From NCBI GenBank assembly GCA_964016885.1, contig OZ024742.1, positions 341,124,001-341,188,000 of the forward strand: a stretch of DNA of 64,000 nucleotides. Reading direction: 5' to 3'. Shown here piece after piece: positions 30,001 through 42,192 of this stretch. Under the pieces are notes generated by a model that saw only the letters and a list, made by a program, of their open reading frames with translations, had not been told where the DNA came from and ran no database searches. The stretch's first letter is position 1. Every line of letters begins with the position of its first letter. A program made the position numbers and the translations under genes. Source of the DNA: Eledone cirrhosa. Lineage: Eukaryota.

Positions 30001-33000
30001 TGTGTTTGTCTATAGGTACTTTAGGAGTGCCTGTCTGTGTGTGTTTGTCTATAGGTACTTTAGGAGTGCCTGTCAGTGTGTCTGTGTTTGTCTATAGGTA
30101 CTTTAGGGTGCCTGTCTCTGTGTCTGTGTTTGTCTATAGGTACTTTAGGAGTGCCTGTCAGCGTGTCTGTGTTTGTCTATAGGTACTTTAGGAGTGCCTT
30201 TCTGTGTGTCTCTGTTTGTCTATAGGTACTTTAGGAGTGCCTGTCAGTGTGTCTGTGTTTGTCTATAGGTACTTTAGGAGTGCCTGTCAGTGTGTCTGTG
30301 TTTGTCTATAGGTACTTTAGGAGTGTCTGTCAGCGTGTCTGTGTTTGTCTAGAGGTACTTTAGGAGTGCCTGTCAGCGTTTCTGTGTTTGTCTATAGGTA
30401 CTTTAGGAGTGCCTGTCTGTGTGTCTGTGTTTGTCTATAGGTACTTTAGGAGTGCCTGTCAGTGTGTCTGTGTTTGTCTATAGGTACTTTAGGAGTGCCT
30501 GTCTGTGTGTCTGTGTTTGTCTATAGGTACTTTAGGAGTGCCTGTCAGTGTGTCTGTGTTTGTCTCTACGTACTTTAGGTGTGCCTGTCAGTGTGTCTGT
30601 GTTTGTCTATAGGTACTTTAGGAGTGCCTTTCTGTGTGTCTCTGTTTGTCTATAGGTACTTTAGGAGTGCCTGTCAGTGTGTCTGTGTTTGTCTATAGGT
30701 ACTTTAGGAGTGCCTGTCTGTGTGTCTGTGTTTGTCTATAGGTACTTTAGGAGTGCCTGTCAGTGTGTCTGTGTTTGTCTATAGGTACTTTAGGAGTGCC
30801 TGTCTGTGTGTCTGTGTTTGTCTATAGGTACTTTAGGAGTGCCTGTCTGTGTGTCTGTGTTTGTCTATAGGTACTTTAGGAGTGCCTGTCTGTGTGTCTG
30901 TGTTTGTCTATAGGTACATTAGGAGTGCCTGTCTGTGAGTCTGTGTTTGTCTATAGGTACTTTAGGAGTGCCTGTCTGTGTGTGTTTGTCTATAGGTACT
31001 TTAGGAGTGCCTGTCAGTGTGTCTGTGTTTGTCTATAGGTACTTTAGGAGTGCCTGTCAGTGTGTCTGTGTTTGTCTATAGGTACTTTAGGGTGCCTGTC
31101 TGTGTGTCTGTGTTTGTCTATAGGTACTTTATGAGTGCCTGTCTGTGTGTCTGCGTTTGTCTATAGGTACTTTAGGAGTACCTGTCAGTGTGTCTGTGTT
31201 TGTCTATAGGTACTTTAGGAGTGCCTGTCTGTGTGTCTGTGTTTGTCTATAGGTACTTTAGGAGTGCCTGTCAGTGTGTCTGTGTTTGTCTATAGGTACT
31301 TTAGAAGTGCCTTTCTGTGTGTCTCTGTTTGTCTATAGGTACTTTAGGAGTGCCTGTCAGTGTGTCTGTGTTTGTCTATAGGTACTTTAGGAGTGCCTGT
31401 CTGTGTGTCTGTGTTTGTCTATAGGTACTTTAGGAGTGCCTGTCTGTGTGTCTGTGTTTGTCTATAGGTACTTTAGGAGTGCCTGTCAGTGTGTCTGTGT
31501 TTGTCTATAGGTACTTTAGGAGTGCCTGTCTGTGTGTCTGTGTTTGTCTATAGGTACTTTAGGAGTGCCTGTCAGTGTGTCTGTGTTTGTCTATACGTAC
31601 TTTAGGTGTGCCTGTCAGTGTGTCTGTGTTTGTCTATAGGTACTTTATGAGTGCCTTTCTGTGTGTCTCTGTTTGTCTATAGGTACTTTAGGAGTGCCTG
31701 TCAGTGTGTCTGTGTTTGTCTATAGGTACTTTAGGAGTGCCTGTCTGTGTGTCTGTGTTTGTCTATAGGTACTTTAGGAGTGCCTGTCAGTGTGTCTGTG
31801 TTTGTCTATAAGTACTTTAGGAGTGCCTGTCTGTGTGTCTGTGTTTGTCTATAGGTACTTTAGGAGTGCCTGTCTGTGTGTCTGTGTTTGTCTATAGGTA
31901 CTTTATGAGTGCCTGTCTGTGTGTCTGTGTTTGTCTATAGGTACATTAGGAGTGCCTGTCTGTGAGTCTGTGTTTGTCTATAGGTACTTTAGGAATGCCT
32001 GTCTGTGTGTGTTTGTCTATAGGTACTTTAGGAGTGCCTGTCAGTGTGTCTGTGTTTGTCTATAGGTACTTTAGGGTGCCTGTCTGTGTGTCTGTGTTTG
32101 TCTATAGGTACTTTAGGAGTGCCTGTCAGTGTGTCTGTGTTTGTCTATACGTACTTTAGGTGTGCCTGTCAGTGTGTCTGTGTTTGTCTATAGGTACTTT
32201 ATGAGTGCCTTTCTGTGTGTCTCTGTTTGTCTATAGGTACTTTAGGAGTGCCTGTCAGTGTGTCTGTGTTTGTCTATAGGTACTTTAGGAGTGCCTGTCT
32301 GTGTGTCTGTGTTTGTCTATAGGAACTTTAGGAGTGCCTGTCAGTGTGTCTGTGTTTGTCTATAAGTACTTTAGGAGTGCCTGTCTGTGTGTCTGTGTTT
32401 GTCTATAGGTACTTTAGGAGTGCCTGTCTGTGTGTCTGTGTTTGTCTATAGGTACTTTAGGAGTGCCTGTCTGTGTGTCTGTGTTTGTCTATAGGTACAT
32501 TAGGAGTGCCTGTCTGTGAGTCTGTGTTTGTCTATAGGTACTTTAGGAATGCCTGTCTGTGTGTGTTTGTCTATAGGTACTTTAGGAGTGCCTGTCAGTG
32601 TGTCTGTGTTTGTCTATAGGTACTTTAGGAGTGCCTGTCAGTGTGTCTGTGTTTGTCTATAGGTACTTTAGGGTGCCTGTCTGTGTGTCTGTGTTTGTCT
32701 ATAGGTACTTTAGGAGTACCTGTCTGTGTGTCTGTGTTTGTCTATAGGTACTTTAGGAGTGCCTGTCAGTGTGTCTGTGTTTGTCTATAGGTACTTTAGG
32801 GTGCCTGTCTGTGTGTCTGTGTTTGTCTATAGGTACTTTAGGAGTACCTGTCTGTGTGTCTGTGTTTGTCTATAGGTACTTTAGGAGTACATGTCTGTGT
32901 GTCTGTGTTTGTCTATAGGTACTTTAGAAGTGCCTGTCAGTGTGTCTGTGTTTGTCTATAGGTACTTTAGGAGTGCCTGTCTGTGTGACTGTGTTTGTCT

Positions 33001-36000
33001 ATAGGTACTTTAGGAGTGCCTGTCAGTGTGTCTGTGTTTGTCTATACGTACTTTAGGTGTGCCTGTCAGTGTGTCTGTGTTTGTCTATAGGTACTTTAGG
33101 AGTGCCTTTCTGTGTGTCTCTGTTTGTCTATAGGTACGTTAGGAGTGCCTGTCTGTGTGTCTGTGTTTGTCTATAGGTACATTAGGAGTGCCTGTCTGTG
33201 AGTCTGTGTTTGTCTATAGGTACTTTAGGAATGCCTGTCTGTGTGTGTTTGTCTATAGGTACTTTAGGAGTGCCTGTCTGTGTGTGTATGTCTATAGGTA
33301 CTTTAGGAGTGCCTGTAAGTGTGTCTGTGTTTGTCTACAGGTACTTTAGGAGTGCCTGTCTGTGTGTCTGTGTTTGTCTATAGGTACATTAGGACTGCCT
33401 GTCTGTGAGTCTGTGTTTGTCTATAGGTACTTTAGGAGTGCCTGTCTGTGTGTGTTTGTCTATAGGTACTTTAGGAGTGCCTGTCAGTGTGTCTGTGTTT
33501 GTCTATAGGTACTTTAGGGTGCCTGTCTCTGTGTCTGTGTTTGTCTATAGGTACTTTAGGAGTGCCTGTCAGCATGTCTGTGTTTGTCTATAGGTACTTT
33601 AGGAGTGCCTGTCAGTGTGTCTGTGTTTGTCTATAGGTACTTTAGGAGTGCCTTTCTGTGTGTCTCTGTTTGTCTATAGGTACTTTAGGAGTGCCTGTCA
33701 GTGTGTCTGTGTTTGTCTATAGGTACTTTAGGAGTGCCTGTCTGTGTGTCTGTGTTTGTCTATAGGTACTTTAGGAGTGCCTGTCAGTGTGTCTGTGTTT
33801 GTCTATAGGTACTTTAGGAGTGCCTGTCAGCGTGTCTGTGTTTGTCTAGAGGTACTTTAGGAGTGACTGTCAGCGTTTCTGTGTTTGTCTATAGGTACTT
33901 TAGGAGTGCCTGTCTGTGTGTCTGTGTTTGTCTATAGGTACTTTAGGAGTGCCTGTCAGTGTGTCTGTGTTTGTCTATAGGTACTTTAGGAGTGCCTGTC
34001 TGTGTGTCTGTGTTTGTCTATAGGTACTTTAGGAGTGCCTGTCTGTGTGTCTGTGTTTGTCTATAGGTACTTTAGGAGTGCCTGTCTGTGTGTCTGTGTT
34101 TGTCTACAGGTACTTTAGAAGTGCCTGTCAGTGTGTCTGTGTTTGTCTATAGGTACTTTAGGAGTGCCTGTCTGTGTGACTGTGTTTGTCTATAGGTACA
34201 TTAGGAGTGCCTGTCTGTGAGTCTGTGTTTGTCTATAGGTACTTTAGGAGTGCCTGTCTGTGTGTCTGTGTTTGTCTATAGGTACTTTAGGAGTGCCTGT
34301 CAGTGTGTCTGTGTTTGTCTATAGGTACTTTAGGAGTGCCTGTCTGTGTGTCTGTGTTTGTCTATAGGTACATTAGGACTGCCTGTCTGTGAGTCTGTGT
34401 TTGTCTATAGGTACTTTAGGAGTGCCTGTCTGTGTGTGTTTGTCTATAGGTACTTTAGGAGTGCCTGTCAGTGTGTCTGTGTTTGTCTATAGGTACTTTA
34501 GGAGTGCCTGTCTGTGTGTCTGTGTTTGTCTATAGGTACATTAGGACTGCCTGTCTGTGAGTCTGTGTTTGTCTATAGGTACTTTAGGAGTGCCTGTCTG
34601 TGTGTGTTTGTCTATAGGTACTTTAGGAGTGCCTGTCAGTGTGTCTGTGTTTGTCTATAGGTACTTTAGGGTGCCTGTCTCTGTGTCTGTGTTTGTCTAT
34701 AGGTACTTTAGGAGTGCCTGTCAGCGTGTCTGTGTTTGTCTATAGGTACTTTAGGAGTGCCTGTCAGTGTGTCTGTGTTTGTCTATAGGTACTTTAGGAG
34801 TGCCTTTCTGTGTGTCTCTGTTTGTCTATAGGTACTTTAGGAGTGCCTGTCAGTGTGTCTGTGTTTGTCTATAGGTACTTTAGGAGTGCCTGTCAGTGTG
34901 TCTGTGTTTGTCTATAGGTACTTTAGGAGTGTCTGTCAGCGTGTCTGTGTTTGTCTAGAGGTACTTTAGGAGTGCCTGTCAGCGTTTCTGTGTTTGTCTA
35001 TAGGTACTTTAGGAGTGCCTGTCTGTGTGTCTGTGTTTGTCTATAGGTACTTTAGGAGTGCCTGTCAGTGTGTCTGTGTTTGTCTATAGGTACTTTAGGA
35101 GTGCCTGTCTGTGTGTCTGTGTTTGTCTATAGGTACTTTAGGAGTGCCTGTCAGTGTGTCTGTGTTTGTCTCTACGTACTTTAGGTGTGCCTGTCAGTGT
35201 GTCTGTGTTTGTCTATAGGTACTTTAGGAGTGCCTTTCTGTGTGTCTCTGTTTGTCTATAGGTACTTTAGGAGTGCCTGTCAGTGTGTCTGTGTTTGTCT
35301 ATAGGTACTTTAGGAGTGCCTGTCTGTGTGTCTGTGTTTGTCTATAGGTACTTTAGGAGTGCCTGTCAGTGTGTCTGTGTTTGTCTATAGGTACTTTAGG
35401 AGTGCCTGTCTGTGTGTCTGTGTTTGTCTATAGGTACTTTAGGAGTGCCTGTCTGTGTGTCTGTGTTTGTCTATAGGTACTTTAGGAGTGCCTGTCTGTG
35501 TGTCTGTGTTTGTCTATAGGTACATTAGGAGTGCCTGTCTGTGAGTCTGTGTTTGTCTATAGGTACTTTAGGAGTGCCTGTCTGTGTGTGTTTGTCTATA
35601 GGTACTTTAGGAGTGCCTGTCAGTGTGTCTGTGTTTGTCTATAGGTACTTTAGGAGTGCCTGTCAGTGTGTCTGTGTTTGTCTATAGGTACTTTAGGGTG
35701 CCTGTCTGTGTGTCTGTGTTTGTCTATAGGTACTTTATGAGTGCCTGTCTGTGTGTCTGCGTTTGTCTATAGGTACTTTAGGAGTACCTGTCAGTGTGTC
35801 TGTGTTTGTCTATAGGTACTTTAGGAGTGCCTGTCTGTGTGTCTGTGTTTGTCTATAGGTACTTTAGGAGTGCCTGTCAGTGTGTCTGTGTTTGTCTATA
35901 GGTACTTTAGAAGTGCCTTTCTGTGTGTCTCTGTTTGTCTATAGGTACTTTAGGAGTGCCTGTCAGTGTGTCTGTGTTTGTCTATAGGTACTTTAGGAGT

Positions 36001-37698
36001 GCCTGTCTGTGTGTCTGTGTTTGTCTATAGGTACTTTAGGAGTGCCTGTCTGTGTGTCTGTGTTTGTCTATAGGTACTTTAGGAGTGCCTGTCAGTGTGT
36101 CTGTGTTTGTCTATAGGTACTTTAGGGTGCCTGTCTGTGTGTCTGTGTTTGTCTATAGGTACTTTAGGAGTACCTGTCTGTGTGTCTGTGTTTGTCTATA
36201 GGTACTTTAGGAGTGCCTGTCAGTGTGTCTGTGTTTGTCTATAGGTACTTTGGGAGTGCCTGTCTGTGTGTCTGTGTTTGTCTATAAGTACTTTAGGAGT
36301 GCCTGTCTGTGTGTCTGTGTTTGTCTATAGGTACTTTAGGAGTGCCTGTCTGTGTGTCTGTGTTTGTCTATAGGTACTTTAGGAGTGCCTGTCTGTGTGT
36401 CTGTGTTTGTCTATAGGTACATTAGGAGTGCCTGTCTGTGAGTCTGTGTTTGTCTATAGGTACTTTAGGAATGCCTGTCTGTGTGTGTTTGTCTATAGGT
36501 ACTTTAGGAGTTCCTGTCAGTGTGTCTGTGTTTGTCTATAGGTACTTTAGGAGTGCCTGTCAGTGTGTCTGTGTTTGTCTATAGGTACTTTAGGGTGCCT
36601 GTCTGTGTGTCTGTGTTTGTCTATAGGTACTTTAGGAGTGCCTGTCAGTGTGTCTGTGTTTGTCTATAGGTACTTTAGGAGTGCCTGTCTGTGTGTCTGT
36701 GTTTGTCTATAGGTACTTTAGGAGTGCCTGTCAGTGTGTCTGTGTTTGTCTATACGTACTTTAGGTGTGCCTGTCAGTGTGTCTGTGTTTGTCTATAGGT
36801 ACTTTATGAGTGCCTTTCTGTGTGTCTCTGTTTGTCTATAGGTACTTTAGGAGTGCCTGTCAGTGTGTGTTTGTCTATAGGTACTTTAGGAGTGCCTGTC
36901 AGTGTGTCTGTGTTTGTCTATAGGTACTTTAGGAGTGCCTGTCAGTGTGTCTGTGTTTGTCTATAGGTACTTTAGGGTGCCTGTCTGTGTGTCTGTGTTT
37001 GTCTATAGGTACTTTAGGAGTACCTGTCTGTGTGTCTGTGTTTGTCTATAGGTACTTTAGGAGTGCCTGTCAGTGTGTCTGTGTTTGTCTATAGGTACTT
37101 TAGGAGTGCCTGTCTGTGTGTCTGTGTTTGTCTATAGGTACATTAGGACTGCCTGTCTGTGAGTCTGTGTTTGTCTATAGGTACTTTAGGAGTGCCTGTC
37201 TGTGTGTGTTTGTCTATAGGTACTTTAGGAGTGCCTGTCAGTGTGTCTGTGTTTGTCTATAGGTACTTTAGGAGTGCCTGTCTGTGTGTCTGTGTTTGTC
37301 TATAGGTACTTTAGGAGTACCTGTCTGTGTGTCTGTGTTTGTCTATAGGTACTTTAGGAGTGCCTGTCAGCGTGTCTGTGTTTGTCTATAGGTACTTTAG
37401 AAGTGCCTGTCAGCGTGTCTGTGTTTGTCTATAGGTACTTTAGGAGTGCCTGTCAGTGTGTCTGTGTTTGTCTATAGGTACTTTAGGAGTGCATGTCAGT
37501 GTGTCTGTGTTTGTCTATAGGTACTTTAGGAGTGCCTGTCAGTGTGTCTGTGTTTGTCTATAGGTACTTTAGGAGTGCCTGTTAGTGTGTCTGTGTTTGT
37601 CTATAGGTACTTTAGGAGTGCCTGTCAGTGTGTCTGTGTTTGTCTATAGGTACTTTAGGAGTGCCTGTCAGTGTGTCTGTGTTTGACTATAGGTACTT
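1..37698. repeat. 43-bp tandem satellite array (about 875 copies in window; continues upstream of the window)
   Basis: Consensus TCTATAGGTACTTTAGGAGTGCCTGTCTGTGTGTCTGTGTTTG repeats head-to-tail with sparse SNPs and occasional 39/41/42-bp variants. It ends abruptly at ...GACTATAGGTACTT|AGCGTG. Confidence 0.99.
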
Positions 37699-37923
37699 AG
37701 CGTGAATTTACTTTTGCATTCATATCACTATGTATTTTTCTCTAAACATATTTTTTTTTAAAGAAATCCTATTCTTTAAATGCATCTGCCAATGATCTCC
37801 ACCTATCCCAATGATTACCCTCTCCTACCACCAAAAAATGTATAAATACCACCATATCACAGTGACAGTCGGTTTGATGATTTCCTCCGAATGAAACAGT
37901 TCTAGTCCTGTAGAATACAATTC

Positions 37924-37952
<29 letters not shown>

Positions 37953-37955
<3 letters not shown>

Positions 37956-38124
37956 TAAAATAACAGATTAAAGTTCAGGCAAAGAATCGGTGCTTTCACT
38001 CTTTGCTTAAACTTTAATCTGTTATTTTAATAGGATATTTCCTCTACGGTTCTTATATATTTGATATATCTTTATCCTTATCAAGCCTGCTTTGGATTTT
38101 AGTCTTCACATTTATCATTATTAC
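37953..38124 (+). mobile_element. short foldback insertion in (TA)n (arms 37953-37985 / 38000-38032, plus a 92-nt tail)
   Basis: TATTAAAATAACAGATTAAAGTT...GCAAAGA is mirrored by TCTTTGC...AACTTTAATCTGTTATTTTAATA. TA runs flank both sides. Confidence 0.7.
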
Positions 38125-38147
38125 TATATATATATATATATATATGT

Positions 38148-38581
38148 ATACGATATTCACAAATGGAAACTATATTTATAAAACCATATTTATTTCATTA
38201 TACATATTTCAAGGAAACCAAGTTAAATTATGGTGTGCTTTCATCAAATAGAATATAATATAGAGCAGTTTTGTAAATAAATATTGACATACCCTTAAAG
38301 AATGCAACCATTACTGTTGGAAGCTCCCGGATAATGGTTGCATTCTTTAAGGGTATGTCAATATTTATTTATAAAACTGCTATATATTATATATTATCTG
38401 ATGAAAGCACACCATAATTTAACTTGGTGTCCTTGAAATATGTATAATGAAATAAATATGGTTTTATAAATATAGTTTCCATTTGTTAATATCGTATTTT
38501 TACTCCAACAATTTGTTGAGTGCTTTATATCAGTTATAAAAATATTTGGTTGTTGTATCCCAACAATTTAAATAAAACCTT

Positions 38582-38584
<3 letters not shown>
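38148..38584 (+). mobile_element. 5'-truncated, 5'-inverted Penelope-like pLTR fragment (arms 38148-38313 / 38332-38497, tail to 38584)
   Basis: 166-bp inverted repeat. Arm and tail are homologous to 45660-45910 of the GIY-YIG-bearing element (AAATGGAAACTATATTTATAAAACCAT; TACTCCA..GTTGAGTGCT.TATATCAGTTA). Confidence 0.85.
38394..38450 (+). ncRNA. minimal type I hammerhead ribozyme (Penelope pLTR type)
   Basis: TTAT-CTGATGA-[AAGCACACCA..TGGTGTCCTT]-GAAA-TATGTATA-ATGA. The minus-strand copy in the other arm has a core change (TTGATGA). Confidence 0.7.
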
Positions 38585-38646
<62 letters not shown>

Positions 38647-39391
38647 AAACAAAATGAAAACGAAATTTCATTTCTCACTCTTAGTATGGCACTTACTTAA
38701 ATGTAAGTATGCATGTATACGTACATACATATATGTATACAGACGTACAGTAGCATGCACATATATATATATATATATACATATATACATACATATGCAT
38801 ACAGGTACACATACATATATGCACGTATCAGTTTAGCGGCGCTAACGTCGCTTTGTTCGTTTGTAAACAAACTGAACAGCCTGAATTTATGCCATACGGT
38901 GTTAAGGCAACCACGTCACCTTTTTGTTCAACACTGACACAGAAGCTTGTTAGCTATCATCAGCACCGTTTACCCATCTGCCAGATAGTTGAACGTTCGA
39001 AAGTATATACTTTCCTTATGAAAATTAACGGCTGAGCAGCCCAATTTGCATATTGAGTGAGTTAAATCGGTCAGGCATACCGAAAACGATAAATTGAAAC
39101 AAAATGAAAACGAAATTTCATTTCTCACTCTTAGTATGGCACTTACTTAAATGTAAGTATGCATGTATACGTACATACATATATGTATACAGACGTACAG
39201 TAGCATGCACATATATATATATATATACATATATACATACATATGCATACAGGTACACATACATATATGCACGTATCAGTTTAGCGGCGCTAACGTCGCT
39301 TTGTTCGTTTGTAAACAAACTGAACAGCCTGAATTTATGCCATACGGTGTTAAGGCAACCACGTCACCTTTTTGTTCAACACTGACACAGG

Positions 39392-39436
39392 AACGATGTA
39401 CTAGTTTCAAGCTTGTTAGCTATCATCAGCACCGTT
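39392..39436 (-). ncRNA. minimal type I hammerhead ribozyme, family A unit 2
   Basis: Minus strand reads AACGGTG-CTGATGA-T-AGCT-AACA-AGCT-T-GAAA-CTAG-TA^CATCGTT. This gives a 7-bp stem I, AGCT/AGCT stem II, palindromic ACTAGT stem III and a GUA cleavage triplet. Confidence 0.88.
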
Positions 39437-39509
39437 TACCCATCTGCCAGATAGTTGAACGTTCGAAAGTATATACTTTCCTTATGAAAATTAACGGCTG
39501 AGCAGCCCA

Positions 39510-39517
39510 ATTTGCAT
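39510..39517 (-). promoter_or_regulatory. octamer motif ATGCAAAT upstream of the hammerhead (present in every family A unit)
   Basis: ATTTGCAT on the + strand, 81 nt upstream of CTGATGA in the transcript sense. It sits at the homologous position in family B. Function is inferred. Confidence 0.5.
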
Positions 39518-39857
39518 ATTGAGTGAGTTAAATCGGTCAGGCATACCGAAAACGATAAATTGAAACAAAATGAAAACGAAATTTCATTTCTCACTCTTAG
39601 TATGGCACTTACTTAAATGTAAGTATGCATGTATACGTACATACATATATGTATACAGACGTACAGTAGCATGCACATATATATATATATATACATATAT
39701 ACATACATATGCATACAGGTACACATACATATATGCACGTATCAGTTTAGCGGCGCTAACGTCGCTTTGTTCGTTTGTAAACAAACTGAACAGCCTGAAT
39801 TTATGCCATACGGTGTTAAGGCAACCACGTCACCTTTTTGTTCAACACTGACACAGG

Positions 39858-39902
39858 AACGATGTACTAGTTTCAAGCTTGTTAGCTATCATCAGCACCG
39901 TT
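39858..39902 (-). ncRNA. minimal type I hammerhead ribozyme, family A unit 3
   Basis: Identical to 39392-39436, offset by 466. Confidence 0.88.
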
Positions 39903-40323
39903 TACCCATCTGCCAGATAGTTGAACGTTCGAAAGTATATACTTTCCTTATGAAAATTAACGGCTGAGCAGCCCAATTTGCATATTGAGTGAGTTAAATC
40001 GGTCAGGCATACCGAAAACGATAAATTGAAACAAAATGAAAACGAAATTTCATTTCTCACTCTTAGTATGGCACTTACTTAAATGTAAGTATGCATGTAT
40101 ACGTACATACATATATGTATACAGACGTACAGTAGCATGCACATATATATATATATATACATATATACATACATATGCATACAGGTACACATACATATAT
40201 GCACGTATCAGTTTAGCGGCGCTAACGTCGCTTTGTTCGTTTGTAAACAAACTGAACAGCCTGAATTTATGCCATACGGTGTTAAGGCAACCACGTCACC
40301 TTTTTGTTCAACACTGACACAGG

Positions 40324-40368
40324 AACGATGTACTAGTTTCAAGCTTGTTAGCTATCATCAGCACCGTT
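40324..40368 (-). ncRNA. minimal type I hammerhead ribozyme, family A unit 4
   Basis: Identical to 39392-39436, offset by 932. Confidence 0.88.
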
Positions 40369-40630
40369 TACCCATCTGCCAGATAGTTGAACGTTCGAAA
40401 GTATATACTTTCCTTATGAAAATTAACGGCTGAGCAGCCCAATTTGCATATTGAGTGAGTTAAATCGGTCAGGCATACCGAACAAAGCGACGTTAGCGCC
40501 GCTAAACTGATACGTGCATATATGTATGTGTACCTGTATGCATATGTATGTATATATGTATATATATATATATATGTGCATGCTACTGTACGTCTGTATA
40601 CATATATGTATGTACGTATACATGCATACT

Positions 40631-40670
<40 letters not shown>

Positions 40671-40781
40671 CTCAGTTAAAGACTGTATTTATATTTTATC
40701 ATACACATCGGTGGCTAGCGCACTAATTACTTTTGCATAGAAGAGGTATGAAGTTAGTGACCTTTCTTCAGGTACTCATGA

Positions 40782-41080
40782 TAAGGTTATATCTGTATAA
40801 ATACCGAGTCAGTATTCTGGAGGTACGATAAAATTTCGGCCTTGAAAACTTGGGTAGTGCTTTTCTACCGGGAATACACATAAATAAATAATATAATATT
40901 TATGCTTTTTCCCCAGTTGAGCACTGTCTTCCTTTTTCACACCTACAGATATAGATATGACAAAGTGACATCTGTATAAATACAGAGTGTGTAACCGAGG
41001 CAGCATCAACGTGTATAATAAACACATATCTAATGTGCGGTCTCGGTTACAAACTCTGTATTTATACAGATATAACTTTA
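40782..41080 (-). repeat. small foldback/duplication (hairpin 40971-41071; extra partial copy 40782-40809)
   Basis: ATCTGTATAAATACAGAGTGTGTAACCGAG pairs with CTCGGTTACAAACTCTGTATTTATACAGAT. TAAGGTTATATCTGTATAAATACCGAGT occurs at 40782. Confidence 0.65.
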
Positions 41081-41490
41081 TATATATTATATTAAATTAA
41101 AAAATATGAGGAAATAATAGACAAAAATATACCTATTTTTTCTTCAAAGTCCCGACTGCAGTTGCGCCGATCCGTGTGCCCCGAATTCTGCACTTTAAAA
41201 GTGCATCATCGCTGTGAGGTTGATACGGCTTATCAAGAGACCCCTCAGAAAAATGGACTGTTTCCTGACGCGTTTATAGCAAGTGAGAAAGTCTCATCTG
41301 CAGAGGGAGAGATTAACACGTGATACAGTGGTAAAAAAAGGATTGTTTCTTTCGTAGCAAATGAGAATTTCTCGAGGGGCGAGGAGAGAGATAAACACAT
41401 GATACAGTGGTCTCAGAATGGTAGGTGGACAGTGAGTGAGTAACGTATTTGCTAGAAAAAGCAGTTAATACACTCGTGCTTAACTCGACC

Positions 41491-41730
41491 ATAAGGCCAG
41501 CAATTACCCAGTACATTACTGGTACTTTATTTTATCGACCCCGTAAGGATGAAAGGCAAAGTTAACATCGGCGCGATTTGAAATCAGAATGGCAAGGGAC
41601 GTAACTCTATGCGTCAAAGCATGGCGTCCGACCCTCTACCGATACTGCCAATCCACCGATATAATAATTGTTTCTACTTTAGGCACAAGGCCAGCAATTA
41701 CCCAGTGCATTACTGGTACTTTATTTTATC
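41491..41730 (-). mobile_element. tRNA-derived SINE (near-full copy 41491-41657 plus a partial 3' copy)
   Basis: Reverse complement of GGTGGATTGGCAGTATCGGTAGAG (box A-like)...TTCAAAT (box B)...GCCTTTCATCCTTACGGGGTCGATAAAATAAAGTACCAGT. Confidence 0.85.
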
Positions 41731-41844
41731 CACCGATATAATAATGACATACACACACATATTCATATATATATTATATTATTTATTTATGTTATATATA
41801 ATATATACACACGTATGCATATGAATATGTGTGTGTATTTCCTT

Positions 41845-42030
41845 GATTGGCAGTATCGGTATGGGCTCAAACGCCATACTTTGACGCATAGAGTTACGGC
41901 CCTTGCCATTCTGAGTTCAAATCACACCGAGGTTAACTTTGCCTTTCATCCTTACGCGGTCGATAAAATAAAGTACCAGTAATGCACTGGGTAATTGCTG
42001 GCATTGTGCCAAAAGTAGAAACATTTATTT
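41845..42030 (+). mobile_element. tRNA-derived SINE, same family
   Basis: GATTGGCAGTATCGG...GAGTTCAAATC...GCCTTTCATCCTTACGCGGTCGATAAAATAAAGTACCAG. Confidence 0.85.
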
Positions 42031-42141
42031 ATGTTCATACAAACGCACTACCTAAGGTTTCTGGGCCCAATATTCCAATATCCAACATATCTCTAGAATC
42101 TAAGAGGGATCTAAATTGTGACTTATCTTATACATATATAT

Positions 42142-42189
<48 letters not shown>

Positions 42190-42192
<3 letters not shown>

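Larger units (their letters stand above)
38645..40635 (-). mobile_element. hammerhead-containing 466-bp tandem repeat (about 4 units; retrozyme-like family A) with inverted terminal arm 40481-40635
   Basis: Units recur at 38645, 39095, 39561 and 40027 (spacing 450, 466, 466). 40481-40635 is the reverse complement of about 40083-40237. The element is flanked by (TA)n. Confidence 0.9.

Noticed and set aside
1-37698. CRISPR-like array or coding ORFs (MCLCLSIGTLGVPV...)
   Set aside because: Units are contiguous with no unique spacers. The ORFs are by-products of a 43-bp period and indel variants.
38654-40740. Repeated 60-112-aa ORFs in family A, and MASYSV... ORFs in family B (48509, 48976)
   Set aside because: They are low-complexity YI/YT translations, not conserved between the homologous A and B units, and mostly antisense to the ribozyme.
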